A stretch of DNA of 64,000 nt. Origin: Ilumatobacteraceae bacterium. Lineage in GTDB: Bacteria; Actinomycetota; Acidimicrobiia; Acidimicrobiales; Ilumatobacteraceae. Positions 27,675 to 39,800 of this stretch are shown piece after piece. Below the pieces are notes generated by a model. It was not told the DNA's origin, did not search any database, and saw nothing but the letters and a program-made list of their open reading frames with translations. The stretch is taken from contig JANPBZ010000134.1 of NCBI GenBank assembly GCA_031430695.1, positions 8,683-72,682 on the forward strand. Reading direction: 5' to 3'. The position numbers were made by a program, and so were the translations under genes. Positions within the stretch are counted from its first letter, which is position 1. Each line of letters begins with the position of its first letter.

Positions 27675-27781
27675 GATCGACAGTCTGCACGGGCGTGTTG
27701 GCCGTTCGGCAATGTTGATAAGCTTCGACTCAGGATTTCTGTTGCGAGAGAGTTGAAACACGAGAGTTGAAAGAGGCAGAC

Positions 27782-30265
<2,484 letters not shown>

Positions 30266-30342
30266 TAGCTGTTCACCCAGGCGTTGCCTGATCGTTGGTC
30301 TGCGTTCGGATCGATGACATCTGCACCATTCATGCTGGCGTC

Positions 30343-30516
30343 ATGAATAGCCCTCGACGCTGGTGGCAGCGATATCTGGAGTTGTTCGTGATGGAAGTGC
30401 GTCGACCCGATGGCTCGACGTACCTGGTCTCGATCGACCCGACCGGTTTCGGCGAGTGTTGGCTGCCGGTTGAGATCGGTGCCATTCAAGAGGGTGACGT
30501 TCCCGCAGCGGTTTGA
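30343..30516 (+). CDS. Possible small protein (57 aa), hypothetical
   Basis: MNSPRRWWQRYLELFVMEVRRPDGSTYLVSIDPTGFGECWLPVEIG... is protein-like in composition. A competing 75-aa ORF lies on the opposite strand. Confidence 0.25.
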   Translation: MNSPRRWWQRYLELFVMEVRRPDGSTYLVSIDPTGFGECWLPVEIGAIQEGDVPAAV

Positions 30517-30543
30517 TCGCGGCGTGATCGGCTAGAGAAGGGG

Positions 30544-31716
30544 GTGATGATCACCTCTGATGGGCGGCGACTGATCGCCACCCGCGCTCTGCGCGGCTAC
30601 GCCGATGGACTGGTTGCGGTATCGCTGGCGGGGTATCTCGGCGATCAGTTGGGATATAGCGCCACTCGCATTGGCGTGATCGTGACGGGCATGCTGCTGG
30701 GCTCAGCGGTGCTGACGATGTTCACCGGCACATGGGGATGGCGGTTCGAACGTCGACTGCTACTGCGAATCGGTGGACTGCTGATGATCGTCACGGGCGT
30801 GGTCTTCGCCACGTCGACGACGTTCGTCGTCTTGTTGGTCCTGGGTGTCGTCGGCACGATGAATCCGAGCGGCAGTGATGTCAACGTCGTGCAGCCGATC
30901 GAGCAATCGCTGCTCCCGCTGACCACGACCGAGGAACACCGCTCGCACGTGTTCGCCCGCTACACGTTCTTCGGTGGATCGCTGGCGGCGCTCGGGGCAC
31001 TGTCTGCGGGGCTACCCGCTCGGTTTCATTGGCAAGCCGATTCGGTGTTCATCGTCTACGCCGTGGCCGGCGTCGCGATGCTCGGCGTCTATGCATCGAT
31101 GTCGCCGTTGGTCGAGGCGGCCGCTCAGGCGACGACCCCGACGCCGCTCGGCCCATCGAAGCGCGTCGTCTATCGGCTGGCCGCGTTGTTCAGCATCGAC
31201 GCCTTCGGGGGCGGGTTTGCCGTGCAGTCGCTGTTGGTGCTGTGGCTGCTGCGTCGCCATCACTTCTCGGTCGGCAAAGCGGGCGCGGTACTCGCCGTCA
31301 TGCAAATTCTGGCTGCCGCTTCGGGCTTTGCGGCCGTGCGAATCGAACGTCGTCTCGGGCCTCTGCGGACGATGGCGTTCACTCATCTTCCCGGGCAGAT
31401 CTTGCTGATTGCCGCCGCGCTCATGCCCAACGCCCCGCTGGCCGTGGCCTGTTTGATCGGCCGGAGTCTGCTGTCGAGCATGGACGTACCGGTGCGCAAT
31501 GCGTACGTGATGTCGGTCGTGACTCCGGCCGAGCGGGCGGCGGCGGCCAGCGTGACCAACGTGCCGCGTAGCCTGGCCGCCGCGCTGCCCCCGATTGCCG
31601 CGGGTTGGATGCTCGATCGCTCGACGTTCGGCTGGCCCCTGATCGTCGCCGGTTCGCTGAAGATCATCTACGACGTGTTGCTGTTGCGGATGGCCAGAGA
31701 CTCGCCTGACCGCTAG
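30544..31716 (+). CDS. MFS transporter
   Basis: About 12 hydrophobic segments and MFS-like loop motifs. GTG 30544 or ATG 30547. Confidence 0.8.
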   Translation: MMITSDGRRLIATRALRGYADGLVAVSLAGYLGDQLGYSATRIGVIVTGMLLGSAVLTMFTGTWGWRFERRLLLRIGGLLMIVTGVVFATSTTFVVLLVLGVVGTMNPSGSDVNVVQPIEQSLLPLTTTEEHRSHVFARYTFFGGSLAALGALSAGLPARFHWQADSVFIVYAVAGVAMLGVYASMSPLVEAAAQATTPTPLGPSKRVVYRLAALFSIDAFGGGFAVQSLLVLWLLRRHHFSVGKAGAVLAVMQILAAASGFAAVRIERRLGPLRTMAFTHLPGQILLIAAALMPNAPLAVACLIGRSLLSSMDVPVRNAYVMSVVTPAERAAAASVTNVPRSLAAALPPIAAGWMLDRSTFGWPLIVAGSLKIIYDVLLLRMARDSPDR

Positions 31717-32160
31717 CGATTGCTGATTGCTGCGGCCAGCGGACCCGCCTGGTACCGCCGCCAGGTGATGGATTGCATGGCAGCGAGAATGACAGCGACT
31801 CCACCGACCGCCGCTGAGTCCGGCAGCGACGCGCCGACGAGCAACCACGCCGCGGCGACGACAACTGCCACGAAGCGTTCGGGGGCAAGCCGATGCACGA
31901 CCCGCCATTGGATGTGGAGGCAACGATTCGGTCGGGTCGGCGACCATGTGCTTGGCCACGACCGCGTAGGCGATGATCCCCGTGACGATCGGGAAATGTC
32001 CGAACGTGAACAGGTCGCGGGCTGCTCGCCTGCGATGCGCGTCGCCGGCACGCTCGAGCGTGTGCTCGGCGACACGGGGAATGGATGCGAAGTACACCCA
32101 CCAGACCACGCACGCCACCGATGTGGCAGCCGCCAGCCCTACCGGTGAGCGCGAAGCCAG
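31713..32160 (-). pseudogene. C-terminal remnant of an LtrA (low-temperature-requirement A)-like membrane protein, frameshifted
   Basis: One frame reads ...LAAATSVACVVWWVYFASIPRVAEHTLERAGDAHRRRAARDLFTFGHFPIVTGIIAYAVVAKHMVADPTESLP down to about 31920. Protein-like sequence then continues in another frame (LHIQWRVVHRLAPERFVAVVVAAAWLLVGASLP...AAISNR, stop 31713). The N-terminal two-thirds expected for the family are absent. Confidence 0.4.
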
Positions 32161-32660
32161 ATCAGCAACGCAGCCGCCCACAGTTGCTCGTACGGCACGT
32201 CGCGCCCGAGCTCGTCGGCGAGGTCCAGCCGCAGCTCGCCGAGTGCGAGATCCAGATCCGCAGGGATCGTCGCCTGTACCAGACGCGGACCCGTCGTTGC
32301 TTGCTCGGCCAGCCGACGAACGTCGGCGAGGCGTCTGCTGATGTCGCCGCGTTGAGCGAGCAGGAGTTCGAGGGCCTCGGTGGCGACGTCGTCCCATGTG
32401 ACACGACGGCCCCGGCGAGCCTGTTGCAGGAGCTTGAGCCGACGAGCGTCGGCGTGCAACGCGTGGGGCACGAGGTGACCGCGAAGTCGACCACTGGACG
32501 TACCGCGACCGAGCGGCTCGACACGATGCTGGGATGGGTGCGTCAGCGATGCGCTACGCGGAGCGATTGGCGTCGCATCGATCTCAGCCGCACCGCGAGC
32601 GGGAGCCTTCTGCATGCGATCTGCGAACCGCTGTGCCAACTCGTGGCGCTTGGAAGTCAT
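32139..32660 (-). CDS. 173-aa arginine-rich partner protein of the ParA-like ATPase, hypothetical
   Basis: ATG 32660 lies 2 nt downstream of the parA-like stop (32663-65). Basic N-terminus MTSKRHELAQRFADRMQK, Arg-rich middle and helical C-terminal half. No ParB HTH or ParB-N motif recognised. Confidence 0.55.
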   Translation of the reverse strand: MTSKRHELAQRFADRMQKAPARGAAEIDATPIAPRSASLTHPSQHRVEPLGRGTSSGRLRGHLVPHALHADARRLKLLQQARRGRRVTWDDVATEALELLLAQRGDISRRLADVRRLAEQATTGPRLVQATIPADLDLALGELRLDLADELGRDVPYEQLWAAALLIWLRAHR

Positions 32661-32662
32661 CA

Positions 32663-33508
32663 CTAGACCAACTCGGGAATAGGAAAGCGCCAACCTCGCC
32701 GTTGGATCAGTTCGTAGGCGACGTGTCGATAGGCGGTGGCTGAACGCGCGCTGTAGTGATACGCGCCGACGGGCAAGCCGACGAGGTGGGCTTCGCCGAA
32801 CTTGGCATCTTCTGGAATCTTGTTGCGAAACAACGGAACTTCATATCGGTCGGCGATGGCGCGGATCTGTTCCTCGGCGACGCGCCGGTAGACGCTGGTG
32901 CCCCAGATGCGCATCTTGATGATGCCGTACACCTCGGGGCGGCCGTCGGAATCAGCCGACGTACGAATGGTGTTCAGGATCGTCGGCAACTCGGTAACAG
33001 GTCCGGCCTCTGGCACCATCGGCACGACCACCCCCGATGAACCGCTGAGTGCCGCGGCGACGACACCCGACTGATGGCCGGGAGTATCGACGAGCACGAC
33101 GTCCCACTCGAGGCGAGCGCTGTCGAGGATGTCGATCAACCGGCTGCGCACCCATGGGTCGGTGAGCTGTCGTCCCGCGTGCGCCATCGACACTTCGTCA
33201 GCGGGAAGGACGTCGAGGTTGGGGTGCACCTGACGAACCAACGCCTCCTCGAGCATGGCATGGCCGAGGAGAACGGCGCCGACGTCGGCGACATCGCGCA
33301 CCGAGCGCCGCGGAGCAGCCTCCCCGATGAACACCGACTGGCCGGTCTGCTGATCGAGATCGATGACGAGGACTTTCGCGCCGCACGTCGACAGGGCGTA
33401 GGCGAGGTTGAAGGTGAGCGACGTTTTGCCTGCGCCACCTTTGGTGTGGGCAACCGTGATGACCTCGCCCAATGGCGCGAACGGGGTCGGGGGTGGCAGA
33501 TCGCTCAT
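32663..33508 (-). CDS. ParA/Soj-family (deviant Walker A) ATPase
   Basis: KGGAGKTS Walker A, VIDLDQQ, LVDTPG. Divergent from the giant surface-protein gene. Confidence 0.85.
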   Translation of the reverse strand: MSDLPPPTPFAPLGEVITVAHTKGGAGKTSLTFNLAYALSTCGAKVLVIDLDQQTGQSVFIGEAAPRRSVRDVADVGAVLLGHAMLEEALVRQVHPNLDVLPADEVSMAHAGRQLTDPWVRSRLIDILDSARLEWDVVLVDTPGHQSGVVAAALSGSSGVVVPMVPEAGPVTELPTILNTIRTSADSDGRPEVYGIIKMRIWGTSVYRRVAEEQIRAIADRYEVPLFRNKIPEDAKFGEAHLVGLPVGAYHYSARSATAYRHVAYELIQRRGWRFPIPELV

Positions 33509-33576
33509 CCGACCACCAGTGTCACAGATTGCACCAACAAACCCATGAGCAGGATCTTAGCTCACGATTTCAAATA

Positions 33577-33588
33577 TGCATATATGCA
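33577..33588. promoter_or_regulatory. Perfect 12-bp palindrome TGCATATATGCA in the low-GC divergent control region
   Basis: Seen directly. It sits 69 nt upstream of the parA-like ATG and about 215 nt upstream of the giant-gene ATG. An operator or centromere-like role is only inferred. Confidence 0.3.
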
Positions 33589-33802
33589 AATACTTCTCGC
33601 AGGGTTGAAATTGTCAAGGTCTCGGCAAGAATGCCGATGAAATCCCTGGTGAGAATGAAGATTCACGTCAGAGGGCTGGGCTCGAGACGTGTGGTTCGGT
33701 GGACGAACGCACAACTCGATCGCTGCACGGGTGCCGGCGCCAACTCGGCGCGCCCCCATTCGGACTCACTATATTCCTGTCGGCGGCCGGGCCTGTTCAC
33801 AC

Positions 33803-36800
33803 ATGGCTGACGACAGACCCTCCTCAAACAACGCCTCCCGCTGGTCGGGTCTGCGACGAAGCGCTCTCGCGACCGCGCTCGTCAGTGGATCTGTTGTGTT
33901 CGGCACCGGCCTGTTCGTTCCCTCGGTCGCTGCGGCTCCACTCTGCGCTTCACCGCCACTGACGGGCAACACGACTGCCACCGGTGTGATCAACACCTAC
34001 TACCCCGGTCAGACCTCGATCACAGCTGGCACGTCGAACACGACGGTGACGGTCGGAACGAGTCGCGGCTCGGCGACTCCGATCGCGGTTGGCGATCTTG
34101 TGATGGTGATGCAGATGCAGGGCGCAGAGATCAACGCGACCAACACCAACGCGTACGGCGACGGTGTCACGTCCGCGACGGCGTCAGGGTTCTTGAACAA
34201 TGCCTCGTTCATCGCCGGGCAGTACGAGTATGCGACCGTGCGCTCGGTGGCCGGAGCAGTGGTCGGGCTCGATGGTTCGGGTACGAACGGCGGACTCATC
34301 AACAACTACGTCAACGCCAGCGAGTCGGCGACTCAGGGTCAGCAGCGGTTCCAGGTCGTGCGCGTGCCGCAGTACTCGTCGGCCACATTGAGCGTGGCGA
34401 CGCCGCCTGCTGCCGTGGCGTGGGACGGCTCGAGCGGCGGCATCGTCGTGCTCGATGTCGCCAGCGATCTCAACCTCAACGGCGCGACGATCAACGTCAC
34501 CGGCCAAGGCTTCCGTGGCGGTCTGCAGCGGAGTCGAAGCGGCACCGGCGGGTTGGCCAACACCGACTACCGAACGACCACCGCGCAAGCAGCGAATGGT
34601 CAAAAGGCGGAAGGCATCGCCGGAACCACGAAGTGGACCACCGGTTCGGCCGACACCGTCGGCGACGGATATCCGAACGGCGACTTCGGCCGCGGCGCAC
34701 CCGGCAATGCCGGCGGTGGTGGGACCGACGGCGACCCGGCTTCCAACAGCGAGAACTCCGGCGGCGGTGGCGGAGGCAACGGCGGTGCCGGCGGCGTCGG
34801 AGGCAACACCTGGTCGTCGAACCTCGCACGCGGCGGGCATGGCGGTGCTGTGGTGCCCGGGACCGCGAGCCGAGTGTTCCTCGGCGGTGGCGGTGGCGCC
34901 GGCAGCGACAACAACGCAGTCCTTTCGTCAAGTGGTGGCGCAGGCGGAGGCATGGTGCTGGTGCGCGCCGGCAGCCTGTCGGGCACGGGCACGATCAACG
35001 CCGACGGCGCAGCCGGAAACGTGAGCGGTCAAGACGGCAGCGGTGGCGGCGGGGCAGGCGGCTCGATCGTCGTGCTCACTTCCTTGACCGGAGCGGCAAG
35101 CGGTATCAGCGGCCTGACGGCTCGTGCCCGAGGTGGTGCCGGCGGCAACGAGACCCACGCCGATCAACATGGCCCGGGTGGCGGCGGTGGCGGCGGGCGA
35201 GTGATCACTGCGGCTGCTACCGCATCGACCGTTGTCACAGCTGGAGCCAACGGCACCCACGTCCCGACGAGCAGTGCCTACGGTGCAACGAGCGGTAGCG
35301 CTGGTGCGTCGTCGGCGACTGCGGTCGTCGGCGATGCCCCAGGCACCAACACCGGCTCGCAATGCATCGATGCAAGTGTCACCAAATCGACCAACCCCAC
35401 CCCCGTGATCCCTGGCCAGACAGTGACCTATACCGTGGTGGCCACCAACGACGGCCCGTACCCTCGAACGGGCACGGCGCCAATCGTGGTGACCGACACG
35501 TTGCCCGCCGGGCTCACCTCGGCGACATGGACGTGCAGCGCCTCGGCCGGATCCAACTGCACCGCCAGCGGCAGCGGATCGTTGAGTACGACCGCCAACC
35601 TCGAGGTCGGTGACTCGGCGACATACACGATCACCGCGACCCTGGCGTCGACATTCACGGGGACCCTCTCCAACACCGCCACCGTCGCCGGGCCGGCGAC
35701 GATTCCTGAGCTCAACGCCACGAACAACTCGGCGACATCGGCCGTCCTGGCCGAACCACGCGCCAACCTTGGCATCACCAAGACGGACGGAGTCGCTGCT
35801 GAGGTACCCGGCACCAATGCCGTCTACACGATCGTGGCGTCGAACGCCGGTCCCTCCACGGCAACCAACGCACTGATCACCGATTCACTGCCGGCGGGCA
35901 CGATCTCGGGTTCGTGGACGTGCGCAGCCGGCAGCGGGGGCACATGCGGTGCGGCAAGCGGCACGATGCCGATGTCGACGACTGCGACCCTCTCGCCGAG
36001 CGGCACGGTGACGTATACCGTCACCGTCGCTGTGTCGTCGACCGCCACCGGTTCGCTGGCCAACACGGTCACGATCGCCGCCCCGGCCGGAACCGTCGAG
36101 ACCAACTCGGCCAACAACGTCGCGACCGACACCGACAACTTGACGCCGACGGCCGACCTGTCGATCTCGAAGACCGACGGTCTCACCACCATTGATGCCG
36201 GCACCGGCCTCACCTACACCATCGCCCTCTCGAATGCCGGCCCATCGGCGATCACCGGAGCGACGGTCACCGATACCTTCCCTGCCAGCCTGACCGGCGC
36301 AACGTGGACGTGTGCCGCGTCGGCTGGGTCGAGTTGCCCGGCATCGGGCTCCGGCAGCATCTCCGCATCCGTGAATGTTCTTGCTGCCGGCTCGGTGACG
36401 TTCACGGTGACCGCCACGGTGGTCTCCACTGCGACCGGCACGTTGTCGAACACGGCGACCGTTGCATTGCCCGGTGGGGCGACTGACCCGACCGCGGCCA
36501 ACAACACAGCCACCGACACCACGACCATCACCCGCCGAGCCGATGTCTCGATCACCAAGACCGACGGGGCCGCCACGGAGGTGCCGGGAACGTCGGTGAC
36601 CTACACGATCGTGGCGGCGAACGCCGGACCGTCTGCGGCGATCGGCACGAGCGTCACCGATACGTTGCCGGCCAGCCTCACGGGCGCGACCTGGACCTGC
36701 ACAGCCACCGCTGGGTCGACCTGCCCGGCATCGGGCAGCGGCAACATCAGCACCACGGTCGACCTACTGCCCAGTGGTAGCGCAACGTTCACCCTGACCG

Positions 36801-39800
36801 CCACGATCGCGTCGACCGCCACCGGGTCGCTGGCCAACACCGCCACCGTCGCAGTCGCCGCCGGAGTCACGGACCCCGCCGCTGGTAACAACTCGGCGAC
36901 CGACACCGACACGCTGACACCGACCGCCGACCTGTCGATCACCAAGACCGACGGTGTCACCGGCGAGGTGCCGGGAACGGCGGTGACGTACACGATCGTC
37001 GCCTCCAACGCCGGCCCGTCAACCGCCACCGCCGCAACCGCGACGGACACGCTGCCGGCCGTGTTGTCGGGTGGCACATGGACATGCTCGGCGTCCGTCG
37101 GCTCGACGTGTCCCGCATCGGGCAGCGGCAACATCAACGCCAGCGTCACGCTGGCTCCGGGCGGTACGGCGACGTTCACACTCACTGCCACGATCTCGAG
37201 CAGCGCCACCGGCAGCCTGGCCAACACGGCGACCATCGCCGCCCCGGCCTCGGTGACCGACCCGACACCTGGCAACAACTCGGCCACCGATGTCGACACC
37301 CTGACTCCCACCGGTGATCTGTCGATCACCAAGACCGACGGAGTCGCCACCGCGATCCCCGGGCAAAGCGTGACGTACACGATCGTCGCGACCAATGCCG
37401 GCCCGTCGGTGATCACCGCAGCGACCGTCGCCGACACGTTCCCCGCGTCGATCGCCGGCGCGACCTGGACATGCTCGGCCTCCGCCGGTTCGAGCTGCCC
37501 GGCATCGGGCAGCGGCAACATCAACGCCAACGTCAATCTGGCAGTCGCCGGCACGGCGACGTTCACCGTGACGGCACCCATCTCGCCGACGGCCACCGGC
37601 TCGTTGGTCAACACCGCAACGATCGCCGCGCCCGCCGGAAGCAGTGATCCGAGCGGCGCCAACAACTCGGCGACCGACACCGACACGTTGACACCGACGG
37701 CCGATCTGTCGATCACCAAGACCGACGGTGCAGCCACCGAGGTGCCAGGCACGCCCGTGACGTACACAATCGTCGCCTCGAACGCCGGGCCCTCCGCGGC
37801 GTCGGGCTCGAACGTCGCCGACACCTTCCCCGCCGCACTCACTGGTGCAACGTGGACGTGCTCGGCAGGCGGCGGAGCGACGTGCCCGGCGTCGGGTAGC
37901 GGCAACATCAGTGCGACGGTCGACCTGCCGGTGGGTGGTACGGCGTCGTTCACGGTCAACGGCACCGTCGCCGCGGGCGCAACGGGCTCGCTGACCAACA
38001 CGGCGACCGTGTCGGTCGGCGCAGGCATCACGGATCCTGCGCCGGGCAACAATGCCGCGACTGACACCGACACCCTGACGCCGACGGCAGATCTGCTGAT
38101 CACCAAGACCGATGGGGCCACCACCGAGGTGCCCGGGACATCGGTGACCTACACGATCGTGGCCTCCAACGCCGGCCCTTCGACGATCACCGCGGCAACC
38201 GTCACCGATACGATGCCGGCCTCGCTGAGCGGCGTGACCTGGACGTGTTCGGCTTCGGCGGGCTCGTCGTGCCCGGCCTCTGGCTCGGGCTCGATCAGTG
38301 CTTCCGTCACCTTGGTCTCCGGTGGAGCGGCGACGTTCACGGTCACCGGCGCCATTTCGGCGACTGCCACGGGATCGCTGGCCAACACGGCCACGGTGGC
38401 GCTGCCCGGAGGTGCCACCGACCCTACACCGGCCAACAACTCGGCCACCGACACCGACACACTGACGCCGACCGCTGATCTGTCGATCACCAAGACCGAC
38501 GGATCGGCAACCGAAGTACCGGGCACAGCGGTGACCTACACGATCGTGGCCAGCAATGCGGGCCCGTCCGCCGTCACTGCCGCGACGGTCGCCGACACGA
38601 TGCCCGCCGCGCTCACCGGGGTGACCTGGACGTGCTCCGCCAGCAGCGGTGCCGCCTGCCCGGCGAGCGGCAGTGGCGACATCAACGCCTCGGTCGACCT
38701 GCCCGTGGGTGGTTCGGCGACGTTCACCGTCTCGGCAACGATCTCCGCGTCGGCGACGGGCAACCTCGTCAACACCGCAACGGTCGCGGCGCCGGGTGGG
38801 GTCACGGATCCGACGCCGGCGAACAACTCGGCGACCGATGCCGACTCGCTGATCCCGACCGCTGATCTGTCGATCACCAAGACCGATGGTGTTGTGACGG
38901 AAGTGCCGGGCACCGCGGTGGCGTACACGATCGTGGCGACCAATGGGGGTCCGTCGGCGGTCAGCGCGGCGACGATCGCCGACACCATGCCTGCTGCATT
39001 GACCGGGGTGACGTGGACGTGCGCCGGTGCCTCGGGTGGGACCTGCCCGGCGAGCGGCAGCGGCAACATCAACGTCAGCGTCGATCTGCCAGTCGGCGCC
39101 TCGGTGACGTTCACCGTCTCGGCGACGATCTCCACCTCGGCGACCGGCACGCTGGTCAATACGGCCACGATCGCGCCGCCTGCCGGCGTCACTGATCCGA
39201 CGCCGGCGAACAACTCGGCGACCGATACCGACACCTTGAACCCCACGGCTGACCTGTCGATCACCAAGACCGATGGGTCTGCGACCGAGGTGCCGGGCAC
39301 TGCGGTGACGTATACGATCGTGGCCGGCAACTCGGGTCCGTCGGCCGTGATCGCGGCGACGGTTGCCGACACGATTCCCGCAACGCTCAACGGCGCGACA
39401 TGGACCTGCGTGCCGGCCGGTGGTGGGTCGTGTGCAGCCAGCAGCGGCAGTGGCAACATCAGCACGACCGTCGATCTGCCGGTCGGCGCGACTGCGACGT
39501 TCACGATCTCGGCCACCGTGGTGGCAACGACCACGGGCAACCTGGTCAATACGGCATCGATCACTGCGCCGGGCGGGGTCACCGATCCGACGCCTGCCAA
39601 CAACTCGGCGACCGACACCGATACCTTGAATCCGACGGCCGATCTCTCGATCAGCAAGACCGACGGAGTCGCCTCGGTCATTCCCGGCCAAAGCACGACG
39701 TACACCGTCGTGGTCGGCAATGCCGGCCCGTCGACCGCGGTGAACGCACCCGTCGCCGATGCACTTCCTGCTGGTGCGACTTCCGGTTCGTGGACGTGTG

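Noticed and set aside
31012-32397. A 461-aa minus-strand ORF spanning the MFS gene 3' half, the LtrA-like remnant and the ParA-partner gene.
   Set aside because: Only the segment from about 31920 to about 32160 is protein-like (LtrA-type WWVYF...FGHFPIVTG). The rest is Arg-rich and overlaps better-supported genes.
33689-33802. The upstream GTG 33689 given by the ORF track as the start of the giant gene.
   Set aside because: It would add 38 residues (WFGGRTHNSIAARVPAPTRRAPIRTHYIPVGGRACSH) ahead of an otherwise well-formed signal peptide, so ATG 33803 is preferred. This is not excluded: a GAGGG lies about 15 nt upstream of 33689.
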